Shown here one piece after another: positions 9,893 to 19,239 of a stretch of DNA of 52,851 nucleotides. The stretch lies in the NCBI GenBank assembly GCA_016929655.1, contig JAFGIJ010000007.1:1-52851 (forward strand), given 5' to 3'. The notes below the pieces were generated by a model that made no database searches, was not told the origin of the DNA, and saw only the letters and a program-made list of their open reading frames with translations. A program made the translations under genes and the position numbers. The stretch comes from Clostridia bacterium (GTDB lineage Bacteria > Bacillota > Clostridia > DUPQ01). The first letter of the stretch is position 1; the number at the start of each line of letters is the position of its first letter.

Positions 9893-12213
9893 TGTTTTTC
9901 TCCCTTTTGCCTTGATTTTTGAATTCCTGTCAGTATCTTTTCTCCGGTTACCGGCAGGGATTTTATTCTCACACCCACAGCATTGAAAATCGCATTTGTA
10001 ATTGCAGCAGGCGGCGAATCGATTCCAATTTCACCAACAGATTTAGCGCCATAGGGTCCCGATGTTTCATAGCTGTCTGCAAATTCCACTTTCAGACTGC
10101 GAATTTCTTTTCTGGTGGGAATCCTGTAGGTCATCATGCTGTTGGTAATCATCTTTCCTGTTTTTGAATACACTACATCTTCATACAGAGTCATTCCTAT
10201 GCCCTGCACAAGGCCTCCCTCGACCTGACCTTTGGCCAGATTGGGGCTTATGGTTGTTCCGCAGTCAACTACTGCAGCATAATCAATGAGTTCAACATGT
10301 CCCGTTTCCGTATCAACTTCAACTTCTGCAAATCCGGCCATGAAAGGCGGGGGTGATTTGGTTCCCACATAGGAATCCACGGCCACCAGCTGTTTCTGGT
10401 CTTCATTGTAGTAAAGCCTGTTGGAAAGGTCCTTCAATGAAATGGATTTATCTCCATGACTTATTGTCATTCCGTCAAAATCGGTTCCTTCAACCGGAAC
10501 CTTCAATGCAAGTGCCCCTTCTTCAATGATCATTTGCTTCATTCTGTCAGCGGCTCTCTTCACTGCATTTCCAGATACATATGTTGTACTGGAAGCATAT
10601 GCTCCGACATCAAAGGGTGTAAGGTCTGAATCAGATGAATAAACCACAATTTCATCAGGGTGAACCCTGAGGCTTTCAGCAGCAATCTGAGCAAGTATTG
10701 TATCACTGCCCTGTCCTATATCCGTTGCTCCGACCAAAAGATTGAAGAACCCATCATCGTTGAGCTTTATCAGTGCTGAACCCATGTCTATGTATGGAAT
10801 TCCCGAACCCTGCATCGCAATGGCCATTCCAACACCCCTGACTTTGCCATTGCCCATATCTTTCCTGGGATATTTGTTCTTCCAGTCAATGAGTTCCATT
10901 CCCCTTTTGACACAGTAGTCCAGTTTACATGTTTCCATTGTCATGGCGATTCCTTCTGTTCCCTCGCCCATTATTTCAAAGATCGGGGATGTCTCGCCTT
11001 CCCTTATCATGTTCTTCTGCCTGAATTCCACCGGATCGACCTTCAGTTTATCGCATAGAATATCAACAGCTGACTCAAGGGCATAATTTCCCTGAATTGC
11101 ACCGTATCCCCTGAATGCACCTGCAGGAGTTCTATTGGTATATACAACCTTTCCACCGAACCGGACTGAGTCAACCTTGTTGTACAAAGGGAAAACTTTA
11201 GAGCCGGCTACCATGAACACTGTGAGTGCATGCTCTCCATAAGCTCCGGTGTCTGACAAGACTTCAACATCAATTGCCTTGAGGGTTCCATCCTTCATGG
11301 CACCCAATTTTATGTCAAATCTCATCGGGTGTCTTGAGAAAGTAGATTCAAATACTTCCTGTCTCGTATAAACCATCTTGGATGGCTTGCCTGTCCTTAG
11401 AGTCACGGCAGATACCAGCATTTCTCCATGAACACACTGTTTTCCACCGAATCCACCGCCTACCCTTGGTTTGATTACCCTTATTTTACTCATTGGATAC
11501 TCAAGGGCCTGGGCAACTATCCTTCTCGTGTGGAACGGTGTCTGTGTTGACGAATAAAGAACCAATCTGCCCTGATAGTCTATTCTTGCATTGACCGTAT
11601 GTGGCTCCATCATTACATGGGCCTGTGCCTGGGTGTAAAATGTTGTCTCGGTGACTGTATCACATTCCTTCAGTGATTTTTCCACGTCTCCGATATGCAT
11701 CAGATACGATGCAGCTACGTTCTTCTTCGGCTCGAAACCTATTGGAAACATTTCATGTATTTCAGGTTCATCATGGATTATTACTTCATTTTCATATGCT
11801 TTCTCAAAATCAAGCACAGGTTCAAGGACTTCATAATCAACCACCAGCAGTTCCAGTGCCTTTTCAGCCGTTTCTTTATCCCTTGCCGCAACAGCAGCTA
11901 CCTCATCACCTACGTGCCTGACATAATTGTCGAGTACAAATTTATCATGCGGAGATGGTTCGGGATATCCCTGACCTGCTCTGGTTACGGGTATTCTTTT
12001 GAAATCTTCATGGGTAAGAACCAGTTCAACGCCTTCCAGGGCCTCTGCCTTCGATTTATCAATTGATTTTATACGTGCAAATGCATGGGGACTTCGAAGA
12101 ACCTTTACAATGAGGGAATTCTGTTCAGCAAGGTCATCGGTATAACCCGGTTTTCCCATCATGAGTCCTTTTCCGTCGATGGATGGTCTTTCATAATTTA
12201 CATATTTCATCAT
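9889..12213 (-). CDS. molybdopterin-binding subunit (XdhD-like, enzyme 2)
   Basis: RSPHAFA, GQGYPEPSPHD, GGGFGGKQ, AFRGYG, DIGQG, GAYASSTT and KSVGE. Confidence 0.9.
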   Translation of the reverse strand: MMKYVNYERPSIDGKGLMMGKPGYTDDLAEQNSLIVKVLRSPHAFARIKSIDKSKAEALEGVELVLTHEDFKRIPVTRAGQGYPEPSPHDKFVLDNYVRHVGDEVAAVAARDKETAEKALELLVVDYEVLEPVLDFEKAYENEVIIHDEPEIHEMFPIGFEPKKNVAASYLMHIGDVEKSLKECDTVTETTFYTQAQAHVMMEPHTVNARIDYQGRLVLYSSTQTPFHTRRIVAQALEYPMSKIRVIKPRVGGGFGGKQCVHGEMLVSAVTLRTGKPSKMVYTRQEVFESTFSRHPMRFDIKLGAMKDGTLKAIDVEVLSDTGAYGEHALTVFMVAGSKVFPLYNKVDSVRFGGKVVYTNRTPAGAFRGYGAIQGNYALESAVDILCDKLKVDPVEFRQKNMIREGETSPIFEIMGEGTEGIAMTMETCKLDYCVKRGMELIDWKNKYPRKDMGNGKVRGVGMAIAMQGSGIPYIDMGSALIKLNDDGFFNLLVGATDIGQGSDTILAQIAAESLRVHPDEIVVYSSDSDLTPFDVGAYASSTTYVSGNAVKRAADRMKQMIIEEGALALKVPVEGTDFDGMTISHGDKSISLKDLSNRLYYNEDQKQLVAVDSYVGTKSPPPFMAGFAEVEVDTETGHVELIDYAAVVDCGTTISPNLAKGQVEGGLVQGIGMTLYEDVVYSKTGKMITNSMMTYRIPTRKEIRSLKVEFADSYETSGPYGAKSVGEIGIDSPPAAITNAIFNAVGVRIKSLPVTGEKILTGIQKSRQKGEKQ

Positions 12214-12659
12214 TCCACCTCCAGATATGCTTTAATGGCCCTGTGCTGGCCCTGATATCCTGAACAGCGGCAAAGGTTTCCAACAAGATATGACCTGATG
12301 TCGTCATCCGTCGGATTCACAAGTTCCTTCTTCATTGCATAAACTGTCAGTGCCATGGATGGATTGCAGAATCCGCATTGGTCTGCACCTTCACGACCGA
12401 AAAACCCTGCTATCTTTGCAGCTTCTTCGGGAATACCCTCAACAGTAGTTATCTCTTTTCCATCAGCTTTGCATGAAAGATAACTGCAGGATGCCGCCGG
12501 ATTACCATTTATCAGAACCGTACAAACCCCACAGGATGTGTTGTCGCAGCCCCTTCTTACACTTACATAATTATTTTTTCTGAGCGTATCAAGCAGATAT
12601 TCATCGGCCTTTACATCAAATACTTTGTTTTCGCCGTTGACCTTCAATTTAATCTTCAT
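12210..12659 (-). CDS. 2x[2Fe-2S] subunit of molybdenum hydroxylase
   Basis: GCDNTSCGVC, QCGFCNP and GNLCRCSGY. Confidence 0.92.
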   Translation of the reverse strand: MKIKLKVNGENKVFDVKADEYLLDTLRKNNYVSVRRGCDNTSCGVCTVLINGNPAASCSYLSCKADGKEITTVEGIPEEAAKIAGFFGREGADQCGFCNPSMALTVYAMKKELVNPTDDDIRSYLVGNLCRCSGYQGQHRAIKAYLEVE

Positions 12660-13450
12660 GACATCACCTCCCGCAGACCCCTTTTTACCAAAGCTTCACA
12701 AAGCTGTTTCCTGTAATTTGCAGAACCCCTTGAATTGCTTCCAAACTTGATTTCAGCAATTGCTGTCATAGCTGCCCTTTCAGCGCAATCAGCGTCATGT
12801 TTTCCGCAGGTATCGACATAAGCCATGGCCATTTCAGCGAGAACCGCCTTATATGGTCTTGAACCTACAGCAATCTTTGTTTTTCCATCTATCCGGGTAA
12901 CAGCTGCATTCAATATGGGAAAGTCGATTGCTGTAATCTTGATTGTTTCAAACCAGCCTCTTCCCTCTTTCATCGGAATCCTGATCTTAAGAAGAATATC
13001 CCTGATCTTTGCAGTTTCATCCATGAATTCAACCAAACTTACCCTGCCTCTTTCATGGAACTCAAGTTCAGTGTCCAGAACCATAAGGGGTGTAATCAAA
13101 TCCGAAAAACCATATTTGCCGGAAATTGTTCCACCTATTGTCGCGATGTTTCTTACGGTTACCCCCATGATCTTTTCCGCTGCATCGCAGACAATACCAT
13201 TGCACAATGATTTTACAATATCGCTTTTTTCAACCTGTCTCAGTGTTGCCATTGAGCCGATTTCAACGAATCCGTCATTTACATCAATGGAATCAAGGCC
13301 AAGTCCAGAAAGATCGACTGCTTCATCAATTTCGGCAGGAGTAAGCCTGAGCCATGCTCCGCCTGCTATGATTGTAGCCTTGCTGCTTCCTTCCAGGATT
13401 GAATATGCTTCTTTGACGGAACTGACCTTTACATAATTATTTATTTTCAA
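12656..13450 (-). CDS. FAD-binding subunit of molybdenum hydroxylase (YgfM-like)
   Basis: IAGGAWL, RNIATIGG, KYGFSD and GSANYR; TTG start. Confidence 0.88.
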   Translation of the reverse strand: MKINNYVKVSSVKEAYSILEGSSKATIIAGGAWLRLTPAEIDEAVDLSGLGLDSIDVNDGFVEIGSMATLRQVEKSDIVKSLCNGIVCDAAEKIMGVTVRNIATIGGTISGKYGFSDLITPLMVLDTELEFHERGRVSLVEFMDETAKIRDILLKIRIPMKEGRGWFETIKITAIDFPILNAAVTRIDGKTKIAVGSRPYKAVLAEMAMAYVDTCGKHDADCAERAAMTAIAEIKFGSNSRGSANYRKQLCEALVKRGLREVMS

Positions 13451-13457
13451 GCCTGTT

Positions 13458-14027
13458 TCATCTCCCCTCTGCTTTTTTTCTTATTTCAAAAAGATCCCCC
13501 GGCGTATCAACATCCAGAAGGATTCCTTCATCATCGACTTCAATATATTCAACATTCTGCCTGTCCCTGAAAGCCTTGAGGTTTGAATCAATGGGTTCCA
13601 GGAGCAAGGGTTCTATAAGGCTTTGTCTTATCAGCACAGGGTGTCCCTTTCTTCCATTGTATACCGGGACCATCATGTCACCTCTCCCGTTCATGAGCTT
13701 ATGATATGTTTCTTTATTAATAAGCGGATAATCTCCAGGAACCAGAAAGAAGTCATGCTTCATTTCACTGACCCCACGTTTAACAGAACTAAACATACCA
13801 CTGTCGTAATCCTCATTAACAACCATTGTCACATTGGGGTATTTTTTAATGATCAGAGCCGTGGATTCCCGGTGATGACCGGCTACTACCACTATTTGAC
13901 CGCAGGTTTCCGTAAGAGTGTCCAGAACTCTCCCAAGAACGGTGCTGCCTCCAATGGTCATCGCCATTTTGTCAGAACCCGCGCGGCTTGAGTATCCAGC
14001 CGCTAAAACTACGGAATCATACTGCAT
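13458..14027 (-). CDS. mocA: molybdenum cofactor cytidylyltransferase (MocA-like NTP transferase)
   Basis: LAAGYSSR, GMFSS, PGDYP, GHPVL and DVDTP. Confidence 0.85.
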   Translation of the reverse strand: MQYDSVVLAAGYSSRAGSDKMAMTIGGSTVLGRVLDTLTETCGQIVVVAGHHRESTALIIKKYPNVTMVVNEDYDSGMFSSVKRGVSEMKHDFFLVPGDYPLINKETYHKLMNGRGDMMVPVYNGRKGHPVLIRQSLIEPLLLEPIDSNLKAFRDRQNVEYIEVDDEGILLDVDTPGDLFEIRKKAEGR

Positions 14028-14131
14028 GAAGCCTCCAAATGGTAAAAAAAACGGCCTTCCCGTATGCCTGTCCGGCTCTTTGCTGATTGCTTTTCATATT
14101 ATGTTGTTGAACCGGTGTATCCTGTACATCA

Positions 14132-14160
14132 AGTATACTGTCTTTGGCTTGTTTTTTCAA
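14132..14160 (-). promoter_or_regulatory. sigma-A-like promoter of the purine operon
   Basis: Minus strand TTGAAA-17 nt-TATACT, about 100 nt upstream of mocA. Confidence 0.7.
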
Positions 14161-14490
14161 ATATTTAAATCAGGATTACAGCATATTTGATTTTTACATA
14201 TATAAAGGAAGCAAAGATAGACATGAACCCCGGATGGGTTATCCAGAGTTTAGTGACACTTAATATATCCGATGAAAACAGATGTCTACATTCAAAGTCC
14301 AGGTTTTTATCCACACCCCTCAAGCAGCGGGAATATATCACCTGATTTGTGATTTCTGTTTGAGTTCTCAAAACATTATTATGGATGGATGTTTATAATC
14401 ACCGTAAAACGGTAAAATGGTATATATAGGCGAAAGAGGCACATACGGATTGATATATTAGGCTCGGGGCCGGAAGGGTTGGTCTTAGTT

Positions 14491-16605
14491 ATGAAAGAAA
14501 GTAAGAAAAACACAGAGGATTTTAAAGGTTTGGATAAAATCGGAAAGGCTGATATTGACCAACTTGCAGTCAATACCATCCGATTTCTTTCGATTGATGC
14601 CATTCAAAAAGCCAACAGCGGCCATCCCGGTCTACCAATGGGAGCCGCTCCTATGGCATATGTACTGTGGACACGTTTTCTTCGGCATAATCCGAAAAAT
14701 CCACATTGGTTCAACCGAGACCGCTTTGTTTTATCGGCAGGACATGGTTCTATGCTGCTGTATAGCTTGTTGCACCTTACCGGCTATGATTTGCCCATGG
14801 AGCAAATCAAGCAGTTCAGACAATGGGATAGTCTTACCCCCGGACATCCTGAAAGAGGAGTTACACCCGGTGTGGAAGTTACCACCGGACCCCTCGGGCA
14901 AGGCTTTGGGAACAGCCTGGGAATGGCAATGGCGGAGGCGTTCCTGGCCGCTCGATATAATAGGCCTGACAATGAAATAATCAACCACTATACCTATTGT
15001 CTTGTTGGCGACGGCGATCTGATGGAAGGAGTCGCAACGGAATCCGCATCGTTGGCGGGGCATCTGGGACTTGGAAAACTAATCTGCCTTTATGATGACA
15101 ACCGCATTACCCTATCCGCTGCTACGGATCTCACTTTTACTGAAAATGTGAAAGAGCGATTCAATACCTACGGTTGGCATACACAATCTGTGGATGATGG
15201 AAATAACCTGAATTCCATAGAAAACGCAATCAAGAATGCACAGCTAGAATCGAATCGACCTTCTCTTATTCTTGTCCGGACCCAGATTGGCTATGGCTCA
15301 CCTAACAAACAGGGTTCCTTTGAAGCTCATGGTTCCCCACTGGGAGAGAACGAGGTTAGAATAACAAAACAAAATCTTGGTTGGCCCCAGGAGCCGTCCT
15401 TTTATATTCCCGATTCCGTTTCGAGTCATTTCCTAAAGGCTGTTGAAACCGGAACACAACTGGAATTGAATTGGGAGGAAATGTTCTCGAACTATGAACA
15501 GGGATATCCTGAATTGGCTCTGGAACTGCGTCAAACTATAAAAGGAGAATTGCCTGGAAACTGGGATTCAACCCTTCCAAAGTTTACAAAGGATGAGAGC
15601 GGTCTGCCCACTCGCAAGGCCTCGGGCAAAGTGTTGAATGCCCTTGCCGACAAAATCCCGGCATTGCTGGGAGGTTCAGCTGATCTGAATCCTTCTACAT
15701 ATACTGAATTGAAGAATGCCGGCAACTTCGGGAGTCCATCAAACCCTGTATATGATCCCCAGGGGTCTGCAGGCGGCGGATGGGATTATTCGGGGAAAAA
15801 TATACATTTTGGTGTGCGAGAACATGGCATGGGTGCGATTCTAAATGGGTTGGCAGCTCATGGAGGGATAATGCCATTTGGTGCCACCTTCCTTATCTTT
15901 TCCGATTATATGCGCCCTTCCATCCGTCTGGCAGCACTGATGGACCTGCATGTGATCTATGTTTTTACACATGACAGCATCTCAGTGGGAGAAGACGGCC
16001 CCACCCATCAACCTGTAGAACAGTTGCTGGGCCTGCGCTCGATTCCCAATATGACTGTAATCCGTCCTGCTGATGCAAACGAGACTCTCGAGGCCTGGCG
16101 GATTGCCATTGAACACAGGGATGGCCCGGTTGCACTTGCGCTCACGCGCCAGAATGTGCCTATCCTCGACCTTGAGCAATACCCTCAGTTACCGCAGGGT
16201 GTGCGTGCGGGTGGATATATACTTACTGACCCGGTCAACCATGAATCTCCGGAAATCATATTGATTTCCACAGGCTCAGAGGTTCATCTGGCACTGGCCG
16301 CTTATGAAAAGCTTGCGACTCTGGGTATCCCGTCGCGCGTAGTGAGCCTGCCATGCTGGAATATTTTCAAAAACATGCCCGAAGAGTATCGCCGGATGGT
16401 ACTTCCTTCTAAAATACCTATGCTTGCAATCGAGGCAGGGACTCCTCTTGGCTGGGAACCTTATTTCGGCTCAAGCATTTCAGTTGTTGGGATAGATCAC
16501 TTTGGTGCTTCCGCTCCAGGAGAAACACTTATGCAGAAGTTCGGGTTTGATTTGGATGCAATTGTCGGTAAGGCACAGGAACTGGCTATGAAAACCAGGG
16601 AATGA
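14491..16605 (+). CDS. tkt: transketolase
   Basis: [43 protein letters not shown] and GEDGPTHQP. Confidence 0.97.
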   Translation: MKESKKNTEDFKGLDKIGKADIDQLAVNTIRFLSIDAIQKANSGHPGLPMGAAPMAYVLWTRFLRHNPKNPHWFNRDRFVLSAGHGSMLLYSLLHLTGYDLPMEQIKQFRQWDSLTPGHPERGVTPGVEVTTGPLGQGFGNSLGMAMAEAFLAARYNRPDNEIINHYTYCLVGDGDLMEGVATESASLAGHLGLGKLICLYDDNRITLSAATDLTFTENVKERFNTYGWHTQSVDDGNNLNSIENAIKNAQLESNRPSLILVRTQIGYGSPNKQGSFEAHGSPLGENEVRITKQNLGWPQEPSFYIPDSVSSHFLKAVETGTQLELNWEEMFSNYEQGYPELALELRQTIKGELPGNWDSTLPKFTKDESGLPTRKASGKVLNALADKIPALLGGSADLNPSTYTELKNAGNFGSPSNPVYDPQGSAGGGWDYSGKNIHFGVREHGMGAILNGLAAHGGIMPFGATFLIFSDYMRPSIRLAALMDLHVIYVFTHDSISVGEDGPTHQPVEQLLGLRSIPNMTVIRPADANETLEAWRIAIEHRDGPVALALTRQNVPILDLEQYPQLPQGVRAGGYILTDPVNHESPEIILISTGSEVHLALAAYEKLATLGIPSRVVSLPCWNIFKNMPEEYRRMVLPSKIPMLAIEAGTPLGWEPYFGSSISVVGIDHFGASAPGETLMQKFGFDLDAIVGKAQELAMKTRE

Positions 16606-16665
16606 ATTTCAAAATAATTCGTCCGGAGGGAATATGCACAACAGTGCACTATTAAAGGAGAAAAC

Positions 16666-17523
16666 ATGATATACAGGACATTGGGCAAAACAGGCATAAA
16701 AGCTTCTGTGGTAGCCTTTGGTGGCATAGTTGTGAAGGGTTTTGAACCAAAGCAGGCAAGTTTGGTTGTATCAAAAGCTATAGATGCCGGAGTAAATTAT
16801 TTTGATGTAGCACCTTCATATGGTGATGCTCAGCATGTATTGGGACCCACATTGAAATCACACAGAAAAGATGTGTTCCTTGCATGCAAAACAAATAAAC
16901 GCACGGCAAAAGAGGCTGAAGAAGAACTTAATGAATCATTGAAGGTCCTTGAAACTGACTACTTCGATGTATATCAGATGCATGGTATTGATGATCCTGA
17001 TGATTTGGAGCAAGTATTCGCGCCAGGTGGTGCGATGGAAGCAATAGTCAAAGCCAAGAAACAGGGGAAGATAAACAACATTGGGTTTTCATGCCATAGA
17101 GAAAGGTCAGCTTTATATCTAATGAACCAATTTGACTTTGATACTGTCATGCATCCTATTAACTTTCTATGTATGGAAAGAAACGGAAAAGGGCAGCTGC
17201 TTATAAAACAAGCTGAAAAAACAAACATGGGAATATTGGCTTTGAAAACATTGGCACTACGTCCTTATCATAAAGATGAAAAGCGTGTATATAATAATAC
17301 TTGGTATCATCCGATAGTAAATGATGATGAACTGGCCACACTTGCCATGAGATATACATATAATACAGGAAATGTAATAATGATTTCACCCGGGGTTGAA
17401 TCATATCTTAATCTGATGATTAGAATTGAGAAAGAAAATCCCAAAATGCCTGAATTATCATCTGAAGAATTACTCATAATGATGGAAAGAACAAAAGATT
17501 TTAGTCCGCTTTTTACAGATTGA
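16666..17523 (+). CDS. aldo/keto reductase
   Basis: YRTLGKTG, GVNYFDVAPSYG, FLACK, TDYFDVYQMH and IGFSCH; AAGGAG RBS. Confidence 0.9.
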   Translation: MIYRTLGKTGIKASVVAFGGIVVKGFEPKQASLVVSKAIDAGVNYFDVAPSYGDAQHVLGPTLKSHRKDVFLACKTNKRTAKEAEEELNESLKVLETDYFDVYQMHGIDDPDDLEQVFAPGGAMEAIVKAKKQGKINNIGFSCHRERSALYLMNQFDFDTVMHPINFLCMERNGKGQLLIKQAEKTNMGILALKTLALRPYHKDEKRVYNNTWYHPIVNDDELATLAMRYTYNTGNVIMISPGVESYLNLMIRIEKENPKMPELSSEELLIMMERTKDFSPLFTD

Positions 17524-17596
17524 CAAGGGCGGGCAAACTGTTCTTCTACCTATGATATATGGCTTGAACTTACACTAAATTTTGAATAGTCTTAGA

Positions 17597-18898
17597 TTAG
17601 ATTTTATTCCCTATGACTTCTATCGCCCATAAAGGAATATTGATAAGCCATTCTTCTTTTTTATAATCAAGCATAGCAGTTCTGACTGAAATTGATGGGT
17701 TGAATTTGTCATAGTAACTCTTCAGGCTTTTGGCTTTGAGATTTGTTTCTGCTTTCACTTCAATTGGTATGATTTTTTCACCAGTATCGACTAAAAAATC
17801 TATTTCAGCACTACCCCTTTCATTTGTCCAATAATATACATCCAGGTGTTTCAATGTCTTGAACTGCTGCAGTACATATTGTTCTGTCAAAGCACCTTTG
17901 AACTCCCTGAACAATTCATTCCCATTCAATAAGACAGATTGATTCAATCTGACCATACAGGAAAGCAAGCCGACATCCAGCATAAACAATTTAAATGCTT
18001 TCAAGTCTTCGTATGCCTTCAGTGGGAGTTTTGGAGCATTGACACGTTGGACCTTATGCACTAGACCACAATCCACCAACCAAAGCATAGCCATTTCATA
18101 TTCTTTTGCCCGTGCACCATCTTTGATCAATCCATATATGAATTTTTTATTTTCCTTTGTCAGCTGAGATGGAATACTATTCCAAAGCATCCTGATTCTA
18201 GGGATTACCTCGTTTGGTGCGTGCTTTGAAAAATCCTGCTCATATGCCATTAGTATTCTTTCCTGAATTTCCCTGGCTTCATTGAAATCCATGTTCCTGG
18301 AAAAATTGGATACAACTTCCGGCATCCCCCCCACATAATAATAGTATTTAATCAAGTTAATATATTCTTGTCTAAATGTCGTTGCCATTTCAAAATTGCC
18401 TTGATCAACCAGTTCAACAAATTGTTCTTTACCCATCGCCCTCATGAATTCTGAGAAGGACAATGGATATAAATCCAAAAATTCAATTTTACCTACGGGA
18501 AATGATGTGCCCTTATGCAATGCAACTCCAAGCAATGACCCCGCACAAATAATCTGGTATTCCGGTGCATCTTCATTGAAATATTTAAGTGCAGTCAGAG
18601 CTTTTGGTACTTCCTGAATCTCGTCAAATATGAGCAATGTGTTGTAAGGATTAATTTTTTGACCTGAATATAATTCAAGACCGGTTATAATCCGGTCTAC
18701 GCTCATATCCTTGTCAAAGAGTTCTTTCATTTGCTGATTATTGTCAAAGCTGATATAGACGCTTCTTTCATATAATGTTTCCCCGAATTTTTTCATTAAC
18801 CATGTCTTGCCGACCTGCCTGGCTCCCCTTATAATCAGGGGTTTTTTGTTCTTTCTATTTTTCCATTTGACTAAATCATCCATTGCATTGCGATACAT
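17597..18898 (-). CDS. AAA_14 ATPase with C-terminal DUF4143 (PD-(D/E)xK-like) domain, copy 1
   Basis: GARQVGKT, LLIFDEIQ, GGMPE, DVGLL and EIDF...IEVK. ATG 18898 follows GAGGTG. Confidence 0.88.
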   Translation of the reverse strand: MYRNAMDDLVKWKNRKNKKPLIIRGARQVGKTWLMKKFGETLYERSVYISFDNNQQMKELFDKDMSVDRIITGLELYSGQKINPYNTLLIFDEIQEVPKALTALKYFNEDAPEYQIICAGSLLGVALHKGTSFPVGKIEFLDLYPLSFSEFMRAMGKEQFVELVDQGNFEMATTFRQEYINLIKYYYYVGGMPEVVSNFSRNMDFNEAREIQERILMAYEQDFSKHAPNEVIPRIRMLWNSIPSQLTKENKKFIYGLIKDGARAKEYEMAMLWLVDCGLVHKVQRVNAPKLPLKAYEDLKAFKLFMLDVGLLSCMVRLNQSVLLNGNELFREFKGALTEQYVLQQFKTLKHLDVYYWTNERGSAEIDFLVDTGEKIIPIEVKAETNLKAKSLKSYYDKFNPSISVRTAMLDYKKEEWLINIPLWAIEVIGNKI

Positions 18899-18925
18899 CT
18901 TATTCACCTCAGAAACAATTATATG

Positions 18926-18991
18926 CTTCTTTTACATAAATTACAACGAATAAGTGTGCTATATTTACACTTTTTCAAGGGAATTAATGTT
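18926..18991 (-). repeat. two degenerate 33-bp direct repeats upstream of DUF4143 copy 1
   Basis: On the plus strand TTTACA (18931/18964), GAAT (18948/18981) and TGT (18955/18988) all recur at a 33-bp offset; about 19/33 identity. Confidence 0.5.
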
Positions 18992-19126
18992 ACATATGGT
19001 TACTCTTATGAATCTACAAGGTATTACCGGAAACCATTTCCTTGTCGTTTGTCTTTTTTCATTTTTTATTTACATTGATTCATTAAAACTTTCACTGATA
19101 CATTTCTTAAGGGCATATCACTTTAT

Positions 19127-19186
19127 CTCAAATTTCTTTAGCACTAAGCCTCAATTTACTTAAATGATTATACTCAATTATCTTAA
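19127..19186 (+). repeat. three 14-bp boxes at 23-bp period upstream of DUF4143 copy 2
   Basis: CTCAAATTTCTTTA (19127), CTCAATTTACTTAA (19150), CTCAATTATCTTAA (19173). Confidence 0.8.
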
Positions 19187-19193
19187 ATTCACA

Positions 19194-19221
19194 TTGCCAA
19201 TATATGTATTCATGATATAAT
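19194..19221 (+). promoter_or_regulatory. sigma-A-like promoter of DUF4143 copy 2
   Basis: TTGCCA-16 nt-TATAAT with extended TG. Confidence 0.7.
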
Positions 19222-19239
19222 ATATGTGAGGTAATAATA

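Noticed and set aside
940-13450. Selenocysteine read-through in the Mo-hydroxylase genes
   Set aside because: All subunits are full-length without internal TGA; the TGA stops overlap or closely precede the next gene's start.
14044-14128. Known purine, Moco or ykkC riboswitch
   Set aside because: The conserved cores of these families are not visible on the sense strand; kept only as an unassigned leader.
14165-14480. Small ORFs between mocA and tkt (e.g. 14223-14345, 14165-14371)
   Set aside because: Short, with no recognisable domain and weak translation signals.
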